Positions 10,830-19,350 are shown, counted from the first letter of the stretch. The stretch: 64,000 nt of DNA from an uncultured Alphaproteobacteria bacterium (GCA_963758415.1 CAVWVL010000003.1:42022-106021); one strand, 5' to 3'. Notes: generated by a model from the letters alone, not told the origin. Numbers and translations: made by a program.

Positions 10830-11102
10830 ATGCCGCTCAATTTCACCGGGATCACAGCGGTGGCCGACGGCGCATGCCTGGTCGAGGATGCGCTGGCGCT
10901 GCTGGAATTCCTCCAGGCCAATGGCGGTGCCCAGGTCGACCTCGGGTCTTGCAGCCACGTCCATACCGCTGTCCTGCAAGTGCTGCTCGCCGCTCGGCCA
11001 CCCATCTCGGCGATGCCGCGGGAGCCCTTCCTCGCGCGCTGGTTGCCTCAAGCGCTGGGGCTGCCTCAGGCGTTGGCACCGTCGGACCTGGCAGCCGCAT
11101 GA
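10830..11102 (+). CDS. Small STAS-like protein
   Basis: 90 aa, VDLGSCSHVHTAVLQVLLA resembles the STAS_2 motif; lies between cheA and cheY. Confidence 0.65.
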   Translation: MPLNFTGITAVADGACLVEDALALLEFLQANGGAQVDLGSCSHVHTAVLQVLLAARPPISAMPREPFLARWLPQALGLPQALAPSDLAAA

Positions 11103-11124
11103 CATCGGCAACAAAGGACACCTG

Positions 11125-11499
11125 ATGCCGTCCACGGTGTTCATTGTCGACGACTCGGTGACCATCCTGATGAGCCTGGAGGCCATCCTGCACAAGGGCG
11201 GCTTCACCGTCGCGAAGGCGGCCAGCGGCGAGGAAGCGGTAACCAAACTGCAGGGCGGACTGAAGCCGAACCTGATCATCACCGACATTCACATGCCCGG
11301 GATGAACGGCATCGAACTCATTCGCAAGGTTCGCACCATGCCCGGGATTCAATTCGTGCCGATCCTTGTGGTGACCACCGAATCGCAGCAGGCCAAGCGC
11401 GACGAGGCGCGTGCCGCCAAGGCAACCGGATGGCTGGTCAAGCCGGTAAAGCCCGACGATATGATGAAAGTGGTCAAGCAGATTCTGCCCAAGGGATGA
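11125..11499 (+). CDS. cheY: CheY response regulator
   Basis: VFIVDDS, IITDIHMPGMNG, VTTES, WLVKP; RBS AAAGGA. Confidence 0.92.
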   Translation: MPSTVFIVDDSVTILMSLEAILHKGGFTVAKAASGEEAVTKLQGGLKPNLIITDIHMPGMNGIELIRKVRTMPGIQFVPILVVTTESQQAKRDEARAAKATGWLVKPVKPDDMMKVVKQILPKG

Positions 11500-12245
11500 C
11501 CGACACCAGCCACCGCGGCAGCAAGATCTCAGACGCAACGATCGAACAGTTCGCGCGAACCAGGGCGATCGCCGTTGTTGGGAGTGCCGCCGCGGCAGTC
11601 GCCGGAGGCGCCGCTGCCGTCGCCGTAGCCTTCGGCGGTGGCGTGGCGATGGCCTCCCTCGTGGCGCTGGTCACGTTCCTCGGCATGGCGATCGGTTATC
11701 TGCTGGGACGCAGGGATGGCGGCGCGGTGAAATCCGCCAGCCGCCTGATGCTCCGGGTGGCTGACGAACTGGTCGAGTACCGCGCGTTCACCAGCCTGCT
11801 GCGCGACCAGGGTGTTCGCATCATCGAAAGCACCAGCGGCGCGGCGGCGGTGATTATCGCCGGGTTGATGGAGATGGGGGACGCGCTCAATCGCATGCGC
11901 ATGCTGGTGGATCGCGTCACAACCGATGACGCCACGGAACTGCGCACCTTGGTCGAGGCCGTCGATGTCCCGGTTCTCGGCCTGTTGGGGCAACTCCAGT
12001 TTCAGGACATAACCCAGCAGCAGATCGCCTTTCTGTCGCGGCTGTCGCTGATGCTCGACGATCACATGGCGGAGCTGTCGCGCCAGTTGGGCGAGCGGCG
12101 CGGGTCCGATCGCGTCGACAAATTCAAGGACCTGTTCGATCAGGCACTCGGCGACTGCGTCATGGACAGCCAGCGCGATGACCATCACACGGCGTCCGGT
12201 CTGGACATGCGGGAAGCCGCCGGCTCCAAACTCGAAATGTTTTGA
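11496..12245 (+). CDS. Membrane-anchored chemotaxis-associated protein with a CheZ-like FQDxxxQ motif
   Basis: N-terminal hydrophobic stretch, helical body, LQFQDITQQQI (12000-12020), C-terminal KLEMF; ATGA overlap with cheY. Confidence 0.7.
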   Translation: MTDTSHRGSKISDATIEQFARTRAIAVVGSAAAAVAGGAAAVAVAFGGGVAMASLVALVTFLGMAIGYLLGRRDGGAVKSASRLMLRVADELVEYRAFTSLLRDQGVRIIESTSGAAAVIIAGLMEMGDALNRMRMLVDRVTTDDATELRTLVEAVDVPVLGLLGQLQFQDITQQQIAFLSRLSLMLDDHMAELSRQLGERRGSDRVDKFKDLFDQALGDCVMDSQRDDHHTASGLDMREAAGSKLEMF

Positions 12246-12258
12246 TGGAAGAACCGTG

Positions 12259-12693
12259 ATGGCCCGCATACTGGTGGTGGATGACGTCGACGTGGTCCGC
12301 CTGGTGATCAGCAAGATCCTCAAGCGAGCCGGTCACAGTGTCGAGGAGGCGAACAGCGGCGACCAGGCCCTGGCACGCGTCACTCGCCGTGCGCCGGATG
12401 CGGTGGTCACCGACCTGTGGATGCCAGGATCCGATGGCCTGGGTCTGATCAACACCTTGCAGGCCAACTTTCCTGCTGTCGCGATCCTCGCCATGACCGG
12501 CGGGTCACCAAAGTATAGCCAGGAATCTTCGCTGGAGCAGGCACGGCGTGCCGGCGTCGTCCAGATCCTGATGAAGCCGATCGATAAAGTCGAGCTGGTG
12601 GACGCGGTCGATCGGGCGCTCAGCGCGGCCGGCGGCCGGCAGGGCAACCCGGATAGTTCCCTCAAGGCGTCCACCACGCCGACTTCAACCTGA
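12259..12693 (+). CDS. Single-domain response regulator
   Basis: ILVVDD, VVTDLWMPGSDG, AMTG, LMKP. Confidence 0.88.
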   Translation: MARILVVDDVDVVRLVISKILKRAGHSVEEANSGDQALARVTRRAPDAVVTDLWMPGSDGLGLINTLQANFPAVAILAMTGGSPKYSQESSLEQARRAGVVQILMKPIDKVELVDAVDRALSAAGGRQGNPDSSLKASTTPTST

Positions 12694-12905
12694 CTGTCAA
12701 GTCAAGGTGCCGCATCTCGTTGTTTGACCGCATGATTGATCCGTTCCAATCGTCCTGATACCGGAATATTTATTCTTGCTTCGGGGGAGGTTGAAACTCA
12801 CCCGGGCCGGCCCAGTGCACGACATTTGCCGCAAGAAATGAAATGCCCGGGAGATTGACGTTCGCTTTGCCGCTCCCACGTGATAAAGACGGGGTGTGGA
12901 GCAAC

Positions 12906-12933
12906 CGATGCCAGTCTTTCGATGCCAGTCTTT
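12906..12933. repeat. 14-bp tandem duplication (CGATGCCAGTCTTT x2) in the rsbR upstream region
   Basis: Read directly from the sequence. Confidence 0.9.
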
Positions 12934-13059
12934 CAGCCCCGAGGCCCGATTGCGAAAGCGCCGCTCGACTGGCGGTGACCATTGAATTTTCCTAGGTATT
13001 ATTTCATATAACGTGATTTAGCCGAAGACGAGGGCTAACCATATTTCAGGGATGCACTT

Positions 13060-13903
13060 ATGAAGACGCTCAGTTCACTCATTGACGGCGGTCGTAAAGA
13101 TCTGCTTGAGAACTGGGGTGGCATGTTGCGCACCACCTTCACCGGCGCGGCGCGAAAGAACCCGGCAGACCTGGCAACCCTCGCGGCGATCATCGAACGG
13201 CTGGCGGACGCCCTCAATCTTGCCGTCTCTCCCCCGGTCATCGCCGATACCGCCTTCAAGGGTCTAGTGGCATTCATGTCCGACGTCAGCGCCGCCCTGG
13301 CACGCGAAGGCTACACCCCGGAAGAGACCGGCAATTTCGTCATGAGCCTGAAGCAGGCGGCGGATCCCCTGCTGGCGCAAGAATACGGCATGGCGCCAAA
13401 CCAGTTGATCAGCGAAATGGCGGTATTCAACACCATCATTGACAAGCTCGCCTTTCTCACCTTCTCGGCTTACGTGGTGGCGCGCGAAGACGTCATCCTG
13501 CGCCAAAGCGAGTTCGATCCTCGAAATTTCAACGCCGGCGCTGCTCATCTGGGACTCGGTGGTGATGATGCCGCTGGTGGGCGTGATCGATACCCGGCGA
13601 GCGCAGTACATCATGGAGCAACTGCTCAACGCCATATCGCGGGAGGAGGCGAGGGTGGCGATCCTCGACGTCACCGGCGTGCCGATCATCGACACCCGCG
13701 TCGCGCTGCATCTGACCCAGGCGGTCACCGCGGCACGTATGCTGGGCGCCGAGGTGGTCATCACCGGTTTCAGCCCGGAGGCTGCCCAGACACTCGTCAA
13801 GCTCGACGTCAACCTCGGCGGCATGGTCACCAGGGGCACGCTCCGGGAAGGCTTCGCCGAGGCCCTGCGCATTCTGAAAAAGCGTGTCGGGGTCACCGTC
13901 TGA
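13060..13903 (+). CDS. rsbR: Stressosome RsbR (RsbRD_N-like sensor + STAS), +1 frameshift at about 13513 (probably a sequencing error)
   Basis: N-terminal [10 protein letters not shown]...[17 protein letters not shown] in the 13060 frame; [39 protein letters not shown] in the 13439 frame. Both Thr positions equivalent to B. subtilis RsbR T171 and T205 are conserved. Removing one T at 13513/13514 joins the frames. Confidence 0.85.
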
Positions 13904-13914
13904 GGACCACGAAC

Positions 13915-14313
13915 ATGCGCATCCCCATCCTGAGGCTCGGCAATATTCTTCTGACATCGATCCAGTCAGATATCACCGACGAGCACGCGACCACGCTGCA
14001 GACCAACATCGCGGCGCGTATGCGGCAGACCCACGCCCGCGGCGTCATCCTCGATATCACTTCGCTCGAGATCATCGACTCATACATGGCGCGCATCCTG
14101 AACGAAACCGCACGCATGGCGCTCCTCATGGGCGGTGAGGTCGTCATCACCGGAATGAACCCCATGGTCGCGCTCACGCTTGTGGAGATGGGGCGCGAGC
14201 TCGTGGACGTGATGAGCGCGGTCACCCTCGAGTACGGGGTCGAGATGCTGCGGGCGAAACTGAGGGAGCTGGATGGCGTCGGCGGGGAAGCTAGCCTCCA
14301 TGTTGCAGGATGA
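13915..14313 (+). CDS. rsbS: Stressosome RsbS (STAS antagonist)
   Basis: MRIPILRLGNILLTSIQ...GVILDITSLEIIDSYMARIL, with the S59-equivalent Ser conserved. Confidence 0.88.
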   Translation: MRIPILRLGNILLTSIQSDITDEHATTLQTNIAARMRQTHARGVILDITSLEIIDSYMARILNETARMALLMGGEVVITGMNPMVALTLVEMGRELVDVMSAVTLEYGVEMLRAKLRELDGVGGEASLHVAG

Positions 14314-14716
14314 CGTCCGTATCGTGGTTCCGTTGCGATTGCCCGACGATATCGTCCGGGCACGGCAGAGCGGCCGCGATATCGCCCGCACACTCGGTTT
14401 CGGTATGGCGGATCAGACCAGGCTGGCGACCGCGATTTCCGAAATCACCCGCAACGCCATCCACTACGGCGGCGGCGGCGAATGCGAGATTGTCGCCGGC
14501 CATTGGGGGCGGACAGGCGAAATCACCGTCACCATCCGCGATCAGGGGCCAGGCATCCCGGACGTGGAGCGGGCGATGACGCCCGGGTTCAGCACCGGCA
14601 ACAGCCTGGGAATGGGACTGTCTGGCACCAAACAATTGGTGGACACTCTTGTCATCGAATCGGCGCCCGGGCGAACGCACGTGGTGATGGTCATGCGTCG
14701 ATCGGGGCTACGATGA
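14300..14716 (+). CDS. rsbT: RsbT serine/threonine switch kinase (copy 1)
   Basis: RLATAISEITRNA, DQGPGI, GFSTGNSLGMGLSGTKQLVD. Confidence 0.88.
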   Translation: MLQDDVRIVVPLRLPDDIVRARQSGRDIARTLGFGMADQTRLATAISEITRNAIHYGGGGECEIVAGHWGRTGEITVTIRDQGPGIPDVERAMTPGFSTGNSLGMGLSGTKQLVDTLVIESAPGRTHVVMVMRRSGLR

Positions 14717-15462
14717 CCATCCCCCGGATGAACCGGGTTGCGACGACCCTCGCCAGGACAGACCCGGGTACCACGACCGGGACCGCACCGACCCGACCAG
14801 CCTTGCCGCTCGCTCCCGGCGTCACCCTGCCCTCTCGGAAAAACGTCGCGGTGGTCAGGCAGTTCGATGTCTTCCATGCCCGAGAGGCGGCCGCCGCCAT
14901 GGCCACCCGCATCGGCTTCAGCCGCCCCGCCGCTTATCGCCTGGCGACCGCCGTGAGCGAACTGGGCAACAATCTGCTCGATCACGCGCGAACCGGCGGG
15001 CGCGTGGAGCTGATGCCAATATCCCGGGACGGAGTTCAGGGCATCGAGGTGGTTGTCGAGGACGACGGGCCGGGTATTGCCGACCGGGAGATGGCCATGA
15101 CCGACGGCTTCTCCACTGACCGTGGGCTGGGCGGCGGGCTGGGGGGGTGCCGGCGTCTGGTGGATGAATTCGCGCTGGAGTCATCGGTGGGAAAAGGCAC
15201 TCGGGTGACGGCGCGTCTGTGGCTTCGCAAATCGCCCCGCATTACCGGCCCGGAACGACAATGCGGCGGGACCGTGCCTCCTGTCGGCGCCGATCTGGCG
15301 CAAGGCGGCGGCCAGCCTGTTCCGGATGCAGACCCCGGGCGGCCGCCGTGTAAGGCTCATCACGACGGCCACGGTCCGGTCAGCAGCGATCCCGACAGGG
15401 CAAGCCCCGACGCCGTGGGCAGGCTGCGGCGGACGGCCGTGGCGCGGCGTTCCTCGCGATGA
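14713..15462 (+). CDS. rsbT: RsbT-like kinase (copy 2) with N- and C-terminal low-complexity extensions
   Basis: RLATAVSELGNN, DDGPGI, GFSTDRGLGGGLGGCRRLVDEF; the 3' roughly 75 codons look non-conserved. Confidence 0.8.
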   Translation: MTIPRMNRVATTLARTDPGTTTGTAPTRPALPLAPGVTLPSRKNVAVVRQFDVFHAREAAAAMATRIGFSRPAAYRLATAVSELGNNLLDHARTGGRVELMPISRDGVQGIEVVVEDDGPGIADREMAMTDGFSTDRGLGGGLGGCRRLVDEFALESSVGKGTRVTARLWLRKSPRITGPERQCGGTVPPVGADLAQGGGQPVPDADPGRPPCKAHHDGHGPVSSDPDRASPDAVGRLRRTAVARRSSR

Positions 15463-15550
15463 AGCAAAATCGCGCATCCTCCCCGTCGAGGAACTTTACG
15501 ATCAATGGAGCGTCGGACCATTGGGGGTCGGCATCGTGAGCGTCGGAGTA

Positions 15551-16126
15551 ATGAGCGTCGGGCTCGCCAGAAGGTCGGCGAATGCCGCTGATGTGTGCGG
15601 CGACATGGCTGGCTGGTGGTCCAGGGACGGTGTGGAACTGCTGGCCATCGCCGACGGGCTGGGACACGGCAAGGATGCGGCTGTGGCGGCCGCGGCGGCG
15701 CTCGAGGCAATCGCGGCATGGCAGGGAGACAATCCGGTCGGGCTGTTTCATGGCATGAACGTGGCGCTGCGGCCAACCCGAGGGGCGGCGGTCGGCGTGG
15801 CCCGCATGGACTGGGCGACGGAGCAGATCACCTATGCGGCCGTGGGCAACACCCGGGCGGCCCTGTTCGGCGCACATACCACCCGCCTCGATAGTTGCGC
15901 CGGTATTGTCGGCGGCGGCTACCGGCGCCTCACCCCGATCACCGTTCCGTTCCTGTCCGGCGACGTTCTGGCGCTATGGACCGATGGCCTGGACGAGCAA
16001 CTCGAACTCACCGCCGCGGATCATTCCGCGCCCGGGATGGACGCCATGGCCTTGAGACTGCTCGACCGCTTCGCCAGGGGCCGTGACGATCGCTGCATAG
16101 TGGTCGCCCGATTAGTCCCGAGCTGA
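15551..16126 (+). CDS. rsbX: RsbX-like PP2C/SpoIIE phosphatase (start uncertain; ORF open from 15326)
   Basis: PPM motifs CGD, IADGLGHG, AVGNTR, LWTDGL, DDR. Confidence 0.8.
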   Translation: MSVGLARRSANAADVCGDMAGWWSRDGVELLAIADGLGHGKDAAVAAAAALEAIAAWQGDNPVGLFHGMNVALRPTRGAAVGVARMDWATEQITYAAVGNTRAALFGAHTTRLDSCAGIVGGGYRRLTPITVPFLSGDVLALWTDGLDEQLELTAADHSAPGMDAMALRLLDRFARGRDDRCIVVARLVPS

Positions 16127-16127
16127 G

Positions 16128-17540
16128 GTGGAAACCGTCGTGGCGCCCGCGGCCCAACTTTTTGATTTGTCTGACTGGTACGGCCGGCTTCAGCGCGCCT
16201 ATATGGCGACCAGTGACGAGGCGGCGCTCGAGGAAGCGGCTGATCTTGGTCGCCTGATGGCGGTCACCGAAGTCACCATGGAATTGGTCATCGAGATGCA
16301 TGGCGAAGTGCTCGCCGACGAGCTCGCCCGCGCTCCGCATGCCGAGGCGGGCCGGTTGGTGGCCGCTGCCGTCACCGTTCTGTCGGAGCTGATGCTGGCC
16401 TGCCGCCTGGCGTCCCAGCGGGTCGCGTTCGACGACGACACGACCCAACCGGACCGTCAGCCGCGGACGGACGAGCCGCCGTCCGAATTCGTCAGGTTTC
16501 ATCCCGATGGCGCGCTGGTCGGCGATCCATCGGGCGATATCTACGGCTGGCTGGATATTCGGGTCGGCCACGAGGTCTGCCTCGCGGCACGAGCCGCGAT
16601 CGCGCAACGCCGCATTGCCATGTTCCAGACCACCCTGTCCGCCGGGACCGATCCGATGCGCCTGATTGTCTGTCCGTTCCACGATGGTGGCGGCATCATC
16701 GCCATCTCTGACGTCAAACACCTGGTCGACGCGCGCGAACGAGCCTTTCAGCGGCGCAAACTGGAAAGTGTCGGCCAAGTGACCAGCGGTCTGGCACACG
16801 AACTCAACAACCTGTTGCAGCCTATCCTCAGCATGGCGCAGATCGCTCAGGAGGACTATGCGGCCGATACGGAGCTTGGTGAAGCGCTCGCGGTCATCCT
16901 CGACAGCACCAAGCGTGCCGCTGCGATCGTCCACGGCATGCTGCTGTATGTGCGTCGCTCACCCAAGGAGCTGCGGCCCCTGTGCCTCGTCGCGGTGGTG
17001 AAGCAAGGCGTGAACGCCCTGCGCCGTACGGTGCCTTCAGGGATCCTGCTCGATCTGTGTGCCGACCAGGCGGTGGGCCAGGTTGCCGCCAATCCGGACG
17101 AGCTGAACCAGATCATGAAGAATTTGGTCGACAATGCGATCCACGCGATGGGCGGACGCGGCGCGGTGAAGGTCCGCGTGGACGAGGTGCGGATCGCCGA
17201 CGCGTTGGCCGCCCGCATGCAAATAGGTGGGGGTCATTATGCCTGCCTGTCGATCGCCGACAGCGGGCATGGCATTGCACCGGCTCTGCTGGAGCGGGTC
17301 TTCGAACCGTTCTTCACCACCAAAGGCATCGGTGAGGGCACCGGCCTGGGGCTGTCCATCGTGCAGGGGATTGTCAGGTCATGGGGCGGCTGCATCGTCG
17401 CCCGTAACGTTCCGGACGGGGGTGCCGCGTTTGACGTCCTGCTGCCCCTGGTGAATCTTCCCGCACCGCCGGGCGATGACGGTTGTATTTACGGTCCCTC
17501 AAGCGTCGGCGACGCAGTTCGGCCGGCAATTTTAGGATAG
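16128..17540 (+). CDS. Sensor histidine kinase with an N-terminal RsbU_N-like domain
   Basis: N-term YGRLQRAYMATSDEAALEEAADLGRLM...LVIEMHGEVL resembles the RsbU N-terminal domain; H-box LAHELNNLLQPI; NLVDNA, DSGHGI, FEPFFTTK.IGEGTGLGL. Confidence 0.85.
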   Translation: METVVAPAAQLFDLSDWYGRLQRAYMATSDEAALEEAADLGRLMAVTEVTMELVIEMHGEVLADELARAPHAEAGRLVAAAVTVLSELMLACRLASQRVAFDDDTTQPDRQPRTDEPPSEFVRFHPDGALVGDPSGDIYGWLDIRVGHEVCLAARAAIAQRRIAMFQTTLSAGTDPMRLIVCPFHDGGGIIAISDVKHLVDARERAFQRRKLESVGQVTSGLAHELNNLLQPILSMAQIAQEDYAADTELGEALAVILDSTKRAAAIVHGMLLYVRRSPKELRPLCLVAVVKQGVNALRRTVPSGILLDLCADQAVGQVAANPDELNQIMKNLVDNAIHAMGGRGAVKVRVDEVRIADALAARMQIGGGHYACLSIADSGHGIAPALLERVFEPFFTTKGIGEGTGLGLSIVQGIVRSWGGCIVARNVPDGGAAFDVLLPLVNLPAPPGDDGCIYGPSSVGDAVRPAILG

Positions 17541-17545
17541 TGGAT

Positions 17546-18817
17546 ATGGACCCTTCATTCGCGCGCTGCAGTGAACGGGCAGTCCCCTCGCGCTGGATGC
17601 TGCTTTCCGGACTGGCCTGCAGCCTGCTTCTCGCGGACGTTGTGGTCGCCCTTCTACCGGTTACCTCGACGACAATGGGGACCGCTCTGCGCCTGGCGAT
17701 CGTCATGGTCGCCGCGGCTGGCTTGCTGGCGGCGTCGCGACGACGGCAGGCGACCCTGCCCGTCGCGGGGTGTCCGCCGCCGCCCCGGCAGCAGGAACCG
17801 GCCGCGCCCTCGTCGGTCAGCCCCGCCAGTCCGCCGCTCTACACCGGATACGCCGTGGAAGCGGTTGCCTGCTTCCGCAATATAATTGGGGTTCTCAAAG
17901 AGGAAACCGAGCGAGTCATCGGAGACACCGATCTCAACGCCGTCAGCCTGATGGAGGACCTGCGGAGTGTCGAGACCAGCATGGAGGCGTTGCTGACCTT
18001 TATCACCGCCGCGGGTTCCAGCGACCGGGTTGTCCGGATCATCGAGCACACGGAATCCCAGTTGACACACAGCAAGATGGTGATCGAGGAGTTCAGCAGG
18101 GAACGCATCCTGGATGCCGCCAACGCTCAAAAGGCCATGGATGATATAGGCGTGGTCGTTGGCGACCTAGGGCGCATGATCCAGGTCGTGCGCACGCTGT
18201 CCCGGCAGACCCGTATGCTCGCGTTCAATGCGAGCATCGAAGCCACGCGGGCCGGTGTCGCCGGGCAAGGCTTCGCCGTCATCGCATCGGAGATCAAGGA
18301 TCTCTCGTTGCTCTCGGATAAGGCCGCGGTGCAGATCGGCAGCGGCATCGAGAAGCTTGAACACGTGGTCCAGGCGAGCCTGGACACCATAGTCGGCCAA
18401 CGCATCACCAAGGAGACCAGTGGCTTCAACGACATTTCCAATGCCGTAAGCGAACTGACCGAGAATTTGCAGAAGCTGTTCAGCCATCAGCGCGACACTC
18501 TGACGAAGGTCCACTACGAGAACGAGCAAATGGCCGAGCCCATTATGCAGATGATCGGCGCCATTCAATTTCAGGACGTGCTTAAGCAACGGCTTCAGGC
18601 CATCGTCCACTGCTTCGAGAAGATCACCGGTTGCATCGAGAATTCCGTAAACGGCCTGGCGGACGGGAACAGCACGCGGGAACAGGTGGCGACCGTCCTG
18701 GATGCTCAGCTCGGCGAGGCTATTCAGTTCGCGATGCAGGAGCTACGGGGCAGCCGCCAGCCGGCGGCAGGCCAGCCAGACGCCGAACCCGCGGGTGCCG
18801 CGATGGAGATGTTCTGA
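17546..18817 (+). CDS. MCP-like protein with one signalling tip and a C-terminal CheZ-like FQDxxxQ motif
   Basis: Two N-terminal hydrophobic segments; QTRMLAFNASIEATRAGVAGQGFAVIASEIKDLS; IQFQDVLKQRL (18569-18589); ends AMEMF; starts 5 nt after the kinase stop. Confidence 0.82.
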   Translation: MDPSFARCSERAVPSRWMLLSGLACSLLLADVVVALLPVTSTTMGTALRLAIVMVAAAGLLAASRRRQATLPVAGCPPPPRQQEPAAPSSVSPASPPLYTGYAVEAVACFRNIIGVLKEETERVIGDTDLNAVSLMEDLRSVETSMEALLTFITAAGSSDRVVRIIEHTESQLTHSKMVIEEFSRERILDAANAQKAMDDIGVVVGDLGRMIQVVRTLSRQTRMLAFNASIEATRAGVAGQGFAVIASEIKDLSLLSDKAAVQIGSGIEKLEHVVQASLDTIVGQRITKETSGFNDISNAVSELTENLQKLFSHQRDTLTKVHYENEQMAEPIMQMIGAIQFQDVLKQRLQAIVHCFEKITGCIENSVNGLADGNSTREQVATVLDAQLGEAIQFAMQELRGSRQPAAGQPDAEPAGAAMEMF

Positions 18818-18971
18818 GCAGGCCGACGAATATCCGCTGTTAGGTTGACCCTGCGTGATAGCGGCGAAAGCGCGCTGCCAAGGCGCCACCCGACCAGGAG
18901 ATACGGCCACGCCCAGCGCACCCTTGGGTCAGGTTGACTGTTGCACTTTTTGTCGGATAAACACGGACAAG

Positions 18972-19232
18972 ATGGAAATAGGTCTACACTCGCGACGTGA
19001 CGGGTCGAGCTTCGCCCGTGCCTTGCGACCCACCGGCAGGCTCCTGGCCTGGATCGAGGCGGGCAGCTCGGGCGTCGGCCACTTTATCGGCGCCTTCGTC
19101 GGTGAGGGTGCGACGGGCCGCGTGCCAGCGGCGCGGCTGTGTTCCACTTCAGAAGAAGCAACCGAGTGGATCGTGGAGCAGGCCCAGGCCTTCGATCTTC
19201 CAGTGAAATGGGTGACCGGCCCTCCGCGTTGA
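18972..19232 (+). CDS. Hypothetical protein
   Basis: Globular-looking ORF (LLAWIEAG...EEATEWIVEQAQAFDLPVKWV); no motif recognised; start uncertain. Confidence 0.5.
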   Translation: MEIGLHSRRDGSSFARALRPTGRLLAWIEAGSSGVGHFIGAFVGEGATGRVPAARLCSTSEEATEWIVEQAQAFDLPVKWVTGPPR

Positions 19233-19350
19233 ACATCGTTAGTCGGGTCAGAGAGTTGTTGGCGCGTCGTGGAAGTGGAATTCCATACCGACCCTTCGGT
19301 CCGCGTCCGGCGACTCGAAGGGTCCCTCCTGCCACGACATCGCTGCACGC

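Noticed and set aside
12737-12751. FNR/FixK-like TTGAT-N4 site upstream of rsbR
   Set aside because: The second half-site (TCCAA) has two mismatches from ATCAA; too weak.
13510-13515. Programmed ribosomal frameshifting at the shared 13-mer AAAGCGAGTTCGA
   Set aside because: The motif lies in different reading frames in rsbR and livG, there is no classic slippery heptamer, and the GANTC error model explains all three sites.
15230-15550. Possible extra gene or RsbT-RsbX fusion between rsbT2 and rsbX
   Set aside because: Both open frames read as low-complexity text with no motif, and I found no GAACTC/GAGTTC error site to join them.
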